A stretch of DNA of 64,000 nucleotides. Origin: an uncultured Verrucomicrobiae bacterium (GTDB lineage: Bacteria > Verrucomicrobiota > Verrucomicrobiia > Chthoniobacterales > Chthoniobacteraceae). The notes under the pieces are model-generated. The model had not been told where the DNA came from. It did not search any database and saw nothing but the letters and a program-made list of their open reading frames with translations. Where the stretch lies: contig CAWHEP010000004.1 in NCBI GenBank assembly GCA_963828525.1, positions 160,001-224,000 on the forward strand, written 5' to 3'. Positions within the stretch are counted from its first letter, which is position 1, and each line of letters opens with the position of its first letter. Below are positions 11,131 to 21,092 of this stretch, in pieces. The translations under genes and the position numbers were made by a program.

Positions 11131-12000
11131 CTACAGGAGCTGGAGTTGATCCGGATCCGCCTGGTCCATCTGATCCAGATCAGGGAGGGGAAGATCCATG
11201 CCGAGGTGGCTGGCGAGGCGTTGCGCGCTGAGAGGCGAGAAGCCTTCAAAGTGATTGTTCAGAAAGATGTAGATGGGAGCCGCTTCCGTCACATGCTTTT
11301 TGATCTTCAAAGCCCAGCTCTCCAGTGATGATTCCCGAGGCCAAAGCAGGCTGCCATACCTGTGGACGCGCGTCCCGTCCGCCGCATACTTGGTGCGCGC
11401 GTCCCCCATCAGGCGCAGATACAGGAAATCTGTCGTCTGCGGTAGGAATTCGTAGGCTGCTCGCGTCTGCTCCTGGACCGCGGTGAGATCGCTCCACGCC
11501 CAGCAAACCCGATGCTTTTCCAGCAGATGGATGATGCGCGGAGTATGCCAGTCCGCGCTTCGAAACTCGATTGCGTATCGGAACTCTTCCGAAAGGGTCG
11601 GAACAAATCGGCGGAGGTTCTGCTCACACTGCTGGAGGGTGAAACTTGCTGGCAGTTGTATGAGGATGCAGCCCAGCTTGGCGCGGAGGGGAGCAATCCC
11701 CGCATGGAATTCGTCCAGTTCAGCTTCGCAGTTCCCGAGGTGACGCTCGTGGGTGATGGCGCGCGGCATCTTGCATGCAAATCGAAAAGACGGGGGCGTA
11801 TCGTCCAGCCAGCGGCCAGCGACATGCGGCTCAGGCACCCGGTAAAATGTGGAGTCGGCTTCCACGGTTGAAAAGAAACGCGCGTAGAAGCCCAAGCGAT
11901 CAGCCTGTGACAGCTTCTCCGGGTAAAAAAGCCCGCGCCAGTCCTCGAAGCTCCACGCGCAGGTGCCAATCCTGACGGTATCGGGATTTAGTTCAGGCAC
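11131..12000 (-). CDS. DUF72 domain protein
   Basis: RIGTCAWS..W..FYP, TVEADSTFY, QLPASF, EFR, YLRLMG, FLNNH. Confidence 0.9.
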   Translation of the reverse strand: MPELNPDTVRIGTCAWSFEDWRGLFYPEKLSQADRLGFYARFFSTVEADSTFYRVPEPHVAGRWLDDTPPSFRFACKMPRAITHERHLGNCEAELDEFHAGIAPLRAKLGCILIQLPASFTLQQCEQNLRRFVPTLSEEFRYAIEFRSADWHTPRIIHLLEKHRVCWAWSDLTAVQEQTRAAYEFLPQTTDFLYLRLMGDARTKYAADGTRVHRYGSLLWPRESSLESWALKIKKHVTEAAPIYIFLNNHFEGFSPLSAQRLASHLGMDLPLPDLDQMDQADPDQLQLL

Positions 12001-12123
12001 ATCCGCCTCTCGACTTTGGCAGCGCCGGACCGAAAATCTTTGACTTTCACGCCGCGAAATTGTTGCATCTGTATTCATCGAAAGTCGGATGAGATTCAGG
12101 ACACTACGGAGCTTCTTCCGCCG

Positions 12124-12579
12124 ATGAAAGCGTTTGTTTCGACCCGAGCTGCTCGCGCCTGGTCGCTGTTCGCCGTTGCCGTGCTCCTCATGGCGGGCTG
12201 CGCTTCGGGGCCGTCCATTCGCTATACCGACTCTATGTTCGAGCCGGAACCGGCGGGAGTCGAATACGGCGTGGCTTCCTGGTATCACGCCAACTGGCTT
12301 GGCGTCGGTGAACAGACCGCGAGCGGCGAGCGGTTTCACCAGTATGAGATGACCGCCGCCCACAAAAGCCTTCCTTTTGGGACGTTTGTCCGCGTGACAA
12401 ATGTCCGAAACGGGCGTTCCACCATCGCTCGGATCACGGATCGAGGGCCATTCGCGTCCGGCCGCATCATAGACCTCAGCAAGACAGGAGCGCGCGACAT
12501 CGGGATCATCGACGCGGGAGTGGCGCATGTGAGATTGGAGGTTCTTATTCCACGGAGAAGGGAACAGCGTTTTTATTGA
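12124..12579 (+). CDS. rlpA: RlpA-family lytic transglycosylase lipoprotein
   Basis: Lipobox MAGC; ASWY, TASGE, TAAHKSLPFG, DRGPF, IIDLS. Confidence 0.9.
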   Translation: MKAFVSTRAARAWSLFAVAVLLMAGCASGPSIRYTDSMFEPEPAGVEYGVASWYHANWLGVGEQTASGERFHQYEMTAAHKSLPFGTFVRVTNVRNGRSTIARITDRGPFASGRIIDLSKTGARDIGIIDAGVAHVRLEVLIPRRREQRFY

Positions 12580-12614
12580 GGTAGGTTGCCCGGCTAACGT
12601 GCTATCCTATCGTG

Positions 12615-12944
12615 ATGGCGAACCTGCTGGCCGAACGTGAAGAGGAGCGCTTAAAGCAGCGCGAATTGCTGCGTCAGGCCGTGCTCGACAAGCTAAGGAA
12701 AGTGCTTGCGGAAGTGGTTCCCGGTGAGCCGGTGCATGTGTTTGGGTCTATTTTGAAGCCCCATCGATTCCATGCGCAATCTGATGTAGACATAGCTTTC
12801 GAAGCTGAGCCGCGCCGGATGTCGATCTATAGGGCGCAAGCAGAACTTGAAGAACGCATGCGGCGTCGTGTCGATGTTATGCTGCTGGGGGAGACGCGGC
12901 TAAGAGACAAAATCGAAAGGGAAGGAGAGCGGTGGATTCCATAG
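12615..12944 (+). CDS. Minimal nucleotidyltransferase (MNT antitoxin)
   Basis: VFGS...SDVDIA...VDV motif, ~110 aa. Confidence 0.85.
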   Translation: MANLLAEREEERLKQRELLRQAVLDKLRKVLAEVVPGEPVHVFGSILKPHRFHAQSDVDIAFEAEPRRMSIYRAQAELEERMRRRVDVMLLGETRLRDKIEREGERWIP

Positions 12945-13073
12945 GACTCGCCACGCTGCGAGCGGAAGTGGATGCCGACTGCGCGGTTCTGATCAACGCG
13001 GCTGCGACCGCATCTCAACGAGTTGACAGGCTAGGTTAAGGCGTTTTTCGAGGAGGCGCGGCAGTCAGGGTAA
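12932..13073 (+). pseudogene. Probable remnant of the partner HEPN toxin
   Basis: Overlapping GTG start gives MDSIGLATLRAEVDAD... with a stop after 35 aa; tail VKAFFEEARQSG* in another frame; position typical of MNT-HEPN pairs. Confidence 0.5.
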
Positions 13074-13114
13074 GGAGAGCGCCTAGATGGGCGCTCGCGA
13101 ACCGCTATATCGCA

Positions 13115-14509
13115 TCAAAAAGCCAGGTGAATGCGGGCCGAGAAAACGCTGATGGGCCCTCGATCCGAATTATACCCGGGATTGGCGATAAGCTGGTAGT
13201 CCACGGCGAGATGAGCGCCTTTAGCGACCAGCCAGTCGTAATAAGTTTCCAGCGCGCATTCAGGATCGTAGTGAGGCAGCTTTCCATCTCCGACCACGTT
13301 CCCCAATCCGCCTGCCGCGAGGTAGTCCCGCAACGGCTGGCCCAAGCCATCTACTACGCACGCGATGGCGAGGGTATCATCTTTTCTGTTCCAGCGTTCA
13401 CCGCTGGCGGAGATGCCAGCGGAAAAATGGCGATCGACGTCAGTGAATTGCCGCGCCTCGCTGTGCCCATCGCGATATCCGAGCCGCAGGAAAGCTCCGA
13501 CGCCTGAGGCGAGTTCCTGCTCTATGTTGAGGCCTAATCCATACTGGCAACGGTAGCGACGGGTCGCGCTAATATCGCCCATGAGCGATGGATTGGCCGT
13601 CGTCTCTTCGTAACTGCCCGACTTGGCCCTCTCGACCCAGCCTAGGAGACGCGCCTTGCCGGGATGCCCGAAGAATGTGAAACGCTCCTCAAATTCTGCG
13701 ACCTGTTGCCAGGCTTCGCTCAAGTGAAAGTCGCGGTCGCCGGTGGAATTGCGAGGCACATCGAATGCGCCGTATCTCAGGGCGTACTGCTTTTGATTAT
13801 ATTCCAAGGTGACCCCTTCAATCGTCCCGAGGAGGTCGGCGGCATAATCAAACGCTGGATTATCGATCAGCGCCCAATTGAGGAATTGAGTGGTGGGATC
13901 GTGCGCGTAGGCGTTGGCGTCAAACTGGTCGCCCACCTGGAGCCGGCCAGCGGTGATGGTGAGGCGGGAGATATCCTGCTTGCCGGCAAGTTGCAGAGGT
14001 CCTCCCGTAATGAGCTCCTGTTCGCCTCCAAATCCAAATGTCTGTTTGAAATAAAGATGAGCGAAGAACGAATTGCCCACGGCAGTTCCCGCTTGATAGG
14101 CCTCTCCGTTAGGGAACGCCGCGACGCCCCTCACGTTCCCAAAGCCGTAACCTTGGTAATACTGTGGATCGACGTAGATCTCAGCGCTTTGCCAAGGGCG
14201 AAATCCGAGGAAGATGTCCACGGAACTTGTTTGGCGAATGTGATCTCCAGCAGGGAAGCTCTGGGGTCCACTATAGGGAGAATGAAATCCTGGCTGGCCT
14301 TGCAAGACCTCTGTGCCTTGAGCATGAAGGAGCCAATTCTGATGCTCGGGAGGCGCATTAACCGCAGCTCCCGCTCCAGTGTCCAGGGGGCCTTGCGTGG
14401 AAGAATAGCCGGGAGCAGGGGGGGTGCTGCTCTCCTGTCCGGCAGCGATCCCTCCGCGCATGCAGGCAAGGAGCGCAACGCGCAAAAGGAACCTCTTCAT
14501 CCGGGGCAT
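13115..14509 (-). CDS. OprB-like carbohydrate / high-affinity Mn2+ porin
   Basis: Signal peptide; HAQGT..QGQPGFHSPYSG, DANAYAHDP..QFLNWAL, NPGYNSDRGP, C-terminal F. Confidence 0.85.
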   Translation of the reverse strand: MPRMKRFLLRVALLACMRGGIAAGQESSTPPAPGYSSTQGPLDTGAGAAVNAPPEHQNWLLHAQGTEVLQGQPGFHSPYSGPQSFPAGDHIRQTSSVDIFLGFRPWQSAEIYVDPQYYQGYGFGNVRGVAAFPNGEAYQAGTAVGNSFFAHLYFKQTFGFGGEQELITGGPLQLAGKQDISRLTITAGRLQVGDQFDANAYAHDPTTQFLNWALIDNPAFDYAADLLGTIEGVTLEYNQKQYALRYGAFDVPRNSTGDRDFHLSEAWQQVAEFEERFTFFGHPGKARLLGWVERAKSGSYEETTANPSLMGDISATRRYRCQYGLGLNIEQELASGVGAFLRLGYRDGHSEARQFTDVDRHFSAGISASGERWNRKDDTLAIACVVDGLGQPLRDYLAAGGLGNVVGDGKLPHYDPECALETYYDWLVAKGAHLAVDYQLIANPGYNSDRGPISVFSARIHLAF

Positions 14510-14618
14510 GGGCCGCAGCATGCAGCAGGAGTTTCTTCCGCGCAAAAGAGAATCGCCCGAAAGCGCGACCCGCATACAGAACGGGAGCAGCGGGATTGCC
14601 CGCTGGTGAGCGCGAGGA

Positions 14619-17600
14619 CTACCCCGCGTTTGCTGTCTCGCTCAGCAGTTCACCGGTTTTGCCAAAACTTTCGGCAACGCTGGGCACAGGGGAGGGGTTG
14701 GAAGTTCCCATGAGATCGGCGCCTGCCTGAGAATCTTCGCGTCTGGAGAATTTCACTCCTACCAGCTTGCTGACACCCTGCTCCTCCATGGTGACGCCAT
14801 AGAGCACATCGGCCTTCGCAATCGTGCGCTTGTTATGGGTGATGACCACGAACTGACTCTGGGAGACGAACCGATCCAGAATTTTGATGAACCGGTTGAT
14901 GTTCGACTCGTCCAGAGGGGCGTCCATCTCATCCAGCACGCAGAAGGGACTAGGCTTCACCATATAAATCGAGAACAGAAGGGACACAGCCGTCATCGTC
15001 TTTTCCCCGCCAGAGAGCAGCGAGATCGCCTGTAGTTGCTTTCCTGGCGGCTTGGCCACGATTTCGATGCCGCTCTCCAGAGGATCGGATTCATCAGCGA
15101 GCACAAGATTCGCTTTGCCACCGCCGAATAGCTCCGTGAACATCTCCTGAAAATTGACGCGGATCTGCTCAAACGTGGCGGCAAATAACTCGCGAGTAGT
15201 GCTATTTATCCTGGAGATCACGTCCAGCAGTTCTGCCTTGGACGCTGTGAGATCGCTATTTTGCTTTTCCAGGAAAGTGTAGCGCTGCTCCAGCTCATCA
15301 TATTCCTGGATTGCGTCCACATTGATCGGCCCCATGGCGTCAAGCCGTTGATCCAGCTCGCGGACCATCTCTTCCACACGAGCCCAGTCAATATGCTCCT
15401 TTTCGATTCCCACTGCTTGCGACACTTCCGTCGAGTCCCCTTGCATAGACTCGTCCGTCTCACTCGTTCCATCCGTCTTGCGCGGTCTCTTCTGCTGCTC
15501 GCGGACCGCGCAGATCAGCGCGTAGGAGTCCGGCTGGAACTCTTTCAGGTCGAGTTGATAACGGCGGGTGACATGTTCGCATAGGTTTTCAATGCGTAAC
15601 TGGCACTGGGTGGCCTTTACTTCTTGCTGGCTGCGATGATCATGGCCCTCGCTCAATTGCCTCCGGAGCACCCGCAGGCTGTTTTCGATGGCGGCGAAAC
15701 CTTCCGAAGTCCGGGCCCGCGCTTCCTGGAGCCCGGATACGCGCGCTTCTGCTTCGACGGCTTTCGCCTGGTCGAGTTCAGCCTGTTCCAAGACGGCGGC
15801 GGTCTCCTCTTCCAGAAGGCTGATCTTCTGACGGTAAGCCTCCGCATCGGCGCTTCGCTGTTCCACAATGTCTTTTAGTTCTGTTAATCGGGCTGCCATG
15901 GGCCGGAGCTGGCTGTTCAAACTGTCATAACGCTGCTGCTCCGTTGCCACACTGATCCGGAGTTCATTAAGCTCCGAATTCGCTTCCGACTCCATGCGCC
16001 TCAAGGTGACCAGTCTTTCCTGAAGTTCGGCTTGCCCGCTCTGGCGCTCAAGCAAATCCCTTTGTTCCCGGGCGAGACGCTCCTCGATGTTCGCGAGCTT
16101 CTCCACCGCGCTGGCGCGTCGTTTGTCCGTGGATTCGCATTCCCATCGCAGACTGTCCGCGCGAGCGTTCGTCTCCTTCAACTCCCGTTCCAGGAATGCG
16201 AGTTGTCCCTGAAGGCTGGAGACAGCGAGGCGGATTTGCTGATTTTCCTCGCGCGCTTCGTCGCTGCCGCTCTGCGCCGCAGCGAGACTTCCCACCAAAC
16301 GCTCTCTATCTGAAGACTGATCCCGCAGAGTGGCCTCGATGGAGGCGACATCTTTCTCCAAGTCGCCAATTTGAGCGTTTCTTTGCAGCACTGAGCTCAC
16401 GACTTCTCCCGCCTGGCCCCCCAGAACGATCCCCGCCGGAAGGATGATCTCTCCAGCAAGCGTGACAAACGTCACTCCGGCATGTATGCGCTTCAACTCC
16501 AGTCCTTTCTCAAGATCGCCGACTATCGCCGTCCTGTGGAGGAGTGTCGCAAGCAACGGCGCGAGATCAGGTCCGCAGTCCACTTTGTCAGCCGCCCAGG
16601 AGATCGCGCCTTCCGGGAGCAAAGACGCCTCGGGCGCGACATTTGGGATGAATTCGCGCAGCGCCAGAGAAGCTCTCCCAAGCTTTTTAGCGGCGAGGGT
16701 CTTGATGATGGACTCGCCAACCAGCGTGTCCTTCATCACGATTGCCTGCAGGTTCAGACCGAGCGCGGCTTCGATGGCGGGGATGAAATCAACCGCCACC
16801 TGGATGTGGGAAGCAAGCGCGCCCGAGATCGCGGGCTTGAAGAACGAGGGGTTGTCCAGACCCTTCAACACAGCCTGCGTGCCGCCGGTGAAGCCTTCGC
16901 CCTCTTCGTTGAGTTGCTTCAACACCTCAAGTTTCGACTCCTTTTCTGAGAGGCGGCGCTGTTCCAACGCGAGCTGCCTGTCACAGGCGGCGAGGGCTTC
17001 CTGAGCCGTCCGAGCGCGCGACTCAGCTTCCCGGACACGATGCTCGCATTGCTCCGCCGCCGACAGGCTCTGTTCGATTTGCAAAGCAGTGTCTCGCTGC
17101 TGTTCCTGGAGATGCGCGAGCGCGGAGGCTGTCTGCGCCGCCTCGCGCTCCAGGATGCCAAGCTGCGTCTCGCTGCCATCCCGGACGCCTATTGCAGACT
17201 GCAGTTCACCGCCCAGCGAGCTAATCGCGTTTTCGCTGGAAGCCACAGCCTTCACCAGCGCGTGGAGGGCGCTCTCCGCCTCGGCGCGCTGCTTCACCAA
17301 CGCGGCTGCCGCCGATTTCTTGTTGTCGAGTCGCTCGCGCTCGAACGACAGGCTCGCGGTGATCCCCCGTAATTCCGAGCCGGCATCCTCCATCTGCGTC
17401 TGCTGAATCCCGAGCTTCTCCTCCGCTCCCGCCGCGTCGGCTTTATAGCGTGAAATGAGCCCGTTAAATTCCTCGATCCGCTCCCTGTCGAATGCCGCCC
17501 GGTCTTCCGCCTGCGCGATTTGCCTCTTAAGCTCCTGCGCGATGTGGCGGGCCGCGTTCAGTTCACTCTCGGTCTCCTCCATCCGGACTCTCTCGCTCGA

Positions 17601-18407
17601 GGCGGCGCTCTCCTGTTCCTCAATGGAAGCCTGGAAACTCTCCTGCGCCGCCTGGATGCGCGCGATCTCGGACCGGGTCTCCTGCAGCGCGCTTTCAAGC
17701 CCATCATACTGGTGCCTTGCGAAATGGGTCTCCAGTGTCTTCAGGTCTGCCAGCAGGGCTTGGTAGCGGCGCGCTTTTCCTGCCTGCCTCTGCAGCGAGC
17801 CAATCTGCCGTTTCACCTCCTTGATGATGTCCGTGACGCGGAGAAGATTGGCTTCGGTGTATTCCAGCTTTCGCAGCGCTTCTTTGCGTTGCGACTTGAA
17901 CTTCGTGATGCCAGCCGCTTCTTCAAAGATCGCCCGCCGATCCTCCGGACGCGAACTCAGGATCAGGTCGATCTTCCCCTGTTCCATGATCGAGTAGGCG
18001 CTGCGGCCAATGCCCGTATCCATGAACAACTGCTGAATGTCTTTTAGACGGCAGAGCGTCTTGTTCAGGAAATACTCCGAGTTGCCGTCCCGGAATACCC
18101 GTCTTGTGATCCGAACCTCACTCCACTCCACCCCTAGTTCTTTCTCGCATTCAGAAAACGTCAGGGAGACTTCTGCCATCCCCAGCGCGGCGCGCGAGTC
18201 CGCTCCGCTAAAGATGACATCCGCCATCTCTCCTCCGCGGAGAGCCTTCGCCGATTGTTCGCCCAGAACCCACCGTAACGCGTCCAGAACGTTGGATTTT
18301 CCGCAGCCGTTCGGCCCGACGATCGCCGTCACACCGCGGTGAAAGTTCAAGATCGTTTTTGTCGCGAAAGACTTGAAACCAAAGATTTCGAGAGATTGTA
18401 GATACAT
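14619..18407 (-). CDS. smc: Chromosome segregation protein SMC
   Basis: GFKSF, GPNGCGKSN Walker A, coiled coils and hinge, LSGGEK, LDEMDAPLD. Confidence 0.98.
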   Translation of the reverse strand: MYLQSLEIFGFKSFATKTILNFHRGVTAIVGPNGCGKSNVLDALRWVLGEQSAKALRGGEMADVIFSGADSRAALGMAEVSLTFSECEKELGVEWSEVRITRRVFRDGNSEYFLNKTLCRLKDIQQLFMDTGIGRSAYSIMEQGKIDLILSSRPEDRRAIFEEAAGITKFKSQRKEALRKLEYTEANLLRVTDIIKEVKRQIGSLQRQAGKARRYQALLADLKTLETHFARHQYDGLESALQETRSEIARIQAAQESFQASIEEQESAASSERVRMEETESELNAARHIAQELKRQIAQAEDRAAFDRERIEEFNGLISRYKADAAGAEEKLGIQQTQMEDAGSELRGITASLSFERERLDNKKSAAAALVKQRAEAESALHALVKAVASSENAISSLGGELQSAIGVRDGSETQLGILEREAAQTASALAHLQEQQRDTALQIEQSLSAAEQCEHRVREAESRARTAQEALAACDRQLALEQRRLSEKESKLEVLKQLNEEGEGFTGGTQAVLKGLDNPSFFKPAISGALASHIQVAVDFIPAIEAALGLNLQAIVMKDTLVGESIIKTLAAKKLGRASLALREFIPNVAPEASLLPEGAISWAADKVDCGPDLAPLLATLLHRTAIVGDLEKGLELKRIHAGVTFVTLAGEIILPAGIVLGGQAGEVVSSVLQRNAQIGDLEKDVASIEATLRDQSSDRERLVGSLAAAQSGSDEAREENQQIRLAVSSLQGQLAFLERELKETNARADSLRWECESTDKRRASAVEKLANIEERLAREQRDLLERQSGQAELQERLVTLRRMESEANSELNELRISVATEQQRYDSLNSQLRPMAARLTELKDIVEQRSADAEAYRQKISLLEEETAAVLEQAELDQAKAVEAEARVSGLQEARARTSEGFAAIENSLRVLRRQLSEGHDHRSQQEVKATQCQLRIENLCEHVTRRYQLDLKEFQPDSYALICAVREQQKRPRKTDGTSETDESMQGDSTEVSQAVGIEKEHIDWARVEEMVRELDQRLDAMGPINVDAIQEYDELEQRYTFLEKQNSDLTASKAELLDVISRINSTTRELFAATFEQIRVNFQEMFTELFGGGKANLVLADESDPLESGIEIVAKPPGKQLQAISLLSGGEKTMTAVSLLFSIYMVKPSPFCVLDEMDAPLDESNINRFIKILDRFVSQSQFVVITHNKRTIAKADVLYGVTMEEQGVSKLVGVKFSRREDSQAGADLMGTSNPSPVPSVAESFGKTGELLSETANAG

Positions 18408-18470
18408 AGTTAAAGGGGAGAAAAGCGAAACTTGGAGACCAAGAATGCGCGGGGCACCTGCTTTTCGCAA

Positions 18471-18517
18471 GCACAATTTGCAGTGGTTGGGAGAAAACAA
18501 ACCACTACATATGGTGC
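18471..18517. promoter_or_regulatory. Tandem NrdR-like boxes
   Basis: GCACAATTTGCAGTGG (18471) and CCACTACATATGGTGC (18502) versus consensus acaCwAtATaTwGtgt; starts are 31 bp apart. Confidence 0.55.
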
Positions 18518-18584
18518 TGTGCTGGGATCAGGCCCTCATCCCGAATGGTTTGCATTTTTGCCTACCGGGAATACGCTCCGATGC

Positions 18585-19943
18585 ATGGGACAAAGTTCAC
18601 CCTTCGTGGAAGCATGGATCGCTGACCTTTTCGCATTCCTCCGCTTTCCGAGCGTTTCGACCTCTCCTGAACATGCGGCCGATGTCGCTGCTTGCGGGAA
18701 ATGGCTCTGCGAGAAACTGAATGGAATCGGGCTGAAGGCAGCCCTCCACCCGACGCCCGGCCACCCCATTATCATGGCGAAGAATGAACACGTCCCGGGG
18801 CGGAAGAGTGTCTTGATCTACGGCCATTATGACGTCCAGCCCCCAGACCCTATCGAGCTTTGGACACACCCTCCTTTTGAACCCCATCTCGAAGGCGGAA
18901 TCGTCACCGCGCGCGGAGCGACGGATAATAAAGGCCAAATCCTCGCGCATATCCTCGGCGTTCAGGAGGCCCTGCGAGGCGGCGGCGAACTTCCTGTCAA
19001 CCTGACCTTTCTCATCGAGGGCGAGGAGGAGATCGGCAGCCCCAACCTCGACGCCTTTTTGATGACTCACCGCCATTCGCTGTCATGCGACGTCATCGCC
19101 GTCTCCGACACGGGCATGGTGGGGCGCGGGATTCCCACGCTTACGTACGGGTTGCGGGGCATAGCCGCCATGGAGATAAAGGTAACCGGACCGTCCATCG
19201 ACCTCCACTCCGGCATCTACGGCGGGGCTGTCGCCAATCCGGCCACCATGCTCGCGCGCATCCTGGCAACGCTCCACGATGCCGGCGGCAGAGTGGCCGT
19301 TCCCGGGTTCTACGATGATGTGACAAGGGTGGGGGAAGCGGAGCGGAGACGCTGGGAGTCTCTCCCGCTCACCGATGCGCTTTTCCTCGAACTCACGGGC
19401 GCTCCGGAGCTATCTGGAGAGGCCGGATATGGAACACTGGAACGGGTCTGGGCGCGACCCACAGTCGAGGTAAATGGAATCACGGCTGGCTACCAGGGAC
19501 ACGGCACGAAGACGGTCATACCCAAAGAGGCGTCCGCTAAATTGACCTTCCGCCTTGTTCCTGAGCAAAAACCCGATGAAATCCTGCGCCTGGTGAAGAA
19601 GTTCCTCCTGGAGACATTGCCTCGCGGGGTGAGGCTGGAAACTACCGAGGGCCACTCCGGAGCCCCCTATATCACCGATCCAGACTCGGCAAGCGGGGAA
19701 GCCGCGCGGCGCGCTCTTCAGAGAACGTTCGGAAGCGAGGTCGCGCTGATTCGCGAGGGGGGCAGCATCCCCATTGTTGAGAGCTTTCGGAAGATACTGG
19801 ACGCGGACACCCTTCTCCTGGGCCTTGCCCTTCCCGATTGCCGCGCTCATGCCCCGAATGAAAACTTCCCGCTCGAGAACTTCTTTGCCGGAATCCGGCT
19901 CAACCAGGAGTTGCTCCGGGAGCTTGCGTTAACTTCCGGATGA
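18585..19943 (+). CDS. M20 family dipeptidase
   Basis: YGHYDVQP, ARGATDNKGQ, EGEEEIGS, DLHSG, HAPNE. Confidence 0.95.
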   Translation: MGQSSPFVEAWIADLFAFLRFPSVSTSPEHAADVAACGKWLCEKLNGIGLKAALHPTPGHPIIMAKNEHVPGRKSVLIYGHYDVQPPDPIELWTHPPFEPHLEGGIVTARGATDNKGQILAHILGVQEALRGGGELPVNLTFLIEGEEEIGSPNLDAFLMTHRHSLSCDVIAVSDTGMVGRGIPTLTYGLRGIAAMEIKVTGPSIDLHSGIYGGAVANPATMLARILATLHDAGGRVAVPGFYDDVTRVGEAERRRWESLPLTDALFLELTGAPELSGEAGYGTLERVWARPTVEVNGITAGYQGHGTKTVIPKEASAKLTFRLVPEQKPDEILRLVKKFLLETLPRGVRLETTEGHSGAPYITDPDSASGEAARRALQRTFGSEVALIREGGSIPIVESFRKILDADTLLLGLALPDCRAHAPNENFPLENFFAGIRLNQELLRELALTSG

Positions 19944-20107
19944 GCTGCCAACGTCGGACTGACCCCATGCGGTTCCTCGGCCTCGCCAAGATCGACGAGC
20001 GAAAAGCAGCGATGGACACCTTTTTCTGGTGCGGGGTGAAACGATCGCGAGCCTGGATTGGATGTCCAACCCGCCTGCGATGGGGATCGGCGCGGTGAGC
20101 CTCGGCC

Positions 20108-20212
20108 GTTCCTGAGCCGACCGGTGTCGCTCTTGGAATTTTTGGAGCGGGTGCCGCACTAATTACAATTGTCCGTCGCCGCAAGTCCGTTTGGCCGTCG
20201 CCATCGGCATAG
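20108..20212 (+). pseudogene. Orphan PEP-CTERM sorting domain
   Basis: VPEPTGVALGIFGAGAALITIVRRRK...*; an in-frame stop lies just upstream and there is no start codon. Confidence 0.75.
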
Positions 20213-20322
20213 GGAAGAGCGGACCCGGGAATTGTCGGGGGTAGCCTTGAGCGGTTAGGGGAAGCGCTACGGTTCGACTCTTAGACCAACGGGCCGTTTT
20301 CTGGGGGTCAGGCCGTTTTCTG

Positions 20323-20985
20323 GGGGTCAGGCTGCATTTCTCAACAGCTCTATCCATTGGTGAAGGGCTTTGGGCAGGCTCGGTTCGCGCGACCTGCTCC
20401 TGCGAATCTGCTGGCTCGCGTTTGCTGCGCTGCTCATCGCTAAACGTTCGGAAATCCAGTTCAGATCCACTGATGTATTCTCCCCCTGCCACGCTGCTCC
20501 AGGGATAATCCATCACACTCTGCTCCTTTCCGGGCTTGATCATGCCCGCTCGCACAGGGTTAAGATGGACGTAGTCCAGCAGGCTCTCGTAGTAGTAGCC
20601 GCTGCCCTCCACCAGCACCGCCTTGTAGCGGTCGCCGAACAATCGACCCCAAACTTTGTGCCGGGTGTTGAAGCGACGTGTGTAGGTGTTCTGCAGCCAC
20701 GTCATCCCGGCGACCAGATTCGCCTCGGGCGCGCAGATTACAAGGTGATAGTGGTTGCCCATCAACACCCAGGCATGCGCCCGCCACCCGGTCTTCGCGC
20801 AAGCCTCTCCAAAGGTCGTTAAAAACATCCGCCGATCTCCATCGGACTCGAAAATGGATTCCCGCCGGTTTCCACGCGCCATCACATGATAAAACGCTCC
20901 TGGATACTCGATTCGGATGCTCCTCGCCATACCCGTCCAAGGTGACAGATTCTTCAGAGCCTGTCAATAGATGCAGCCTGACCCC
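20323..20985 (-). mobile_element. RAYT / IS200-like HUH (Y1) transposase element, internally deleted, with 15-bp terminal inverted repeats
   Basis: [34 protein letters not shown] from ATG 20930; GGGGTCAGGCTGCAT at 20323 and its reverse complement at 20971; lacks about 440 bp present in the 60650 copy. Confidence 0.9.
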
Positions 20986-21092
20986 TAGAAACTCATTCCC
21001 GATCACTCGGTGACAAGGGAGTGAATGATCGCTCCCTAAGTAGAGGGGCTTCTGCCGGGGCGTTGGATGAGAGCAGGGCCCTAAAACTTACC

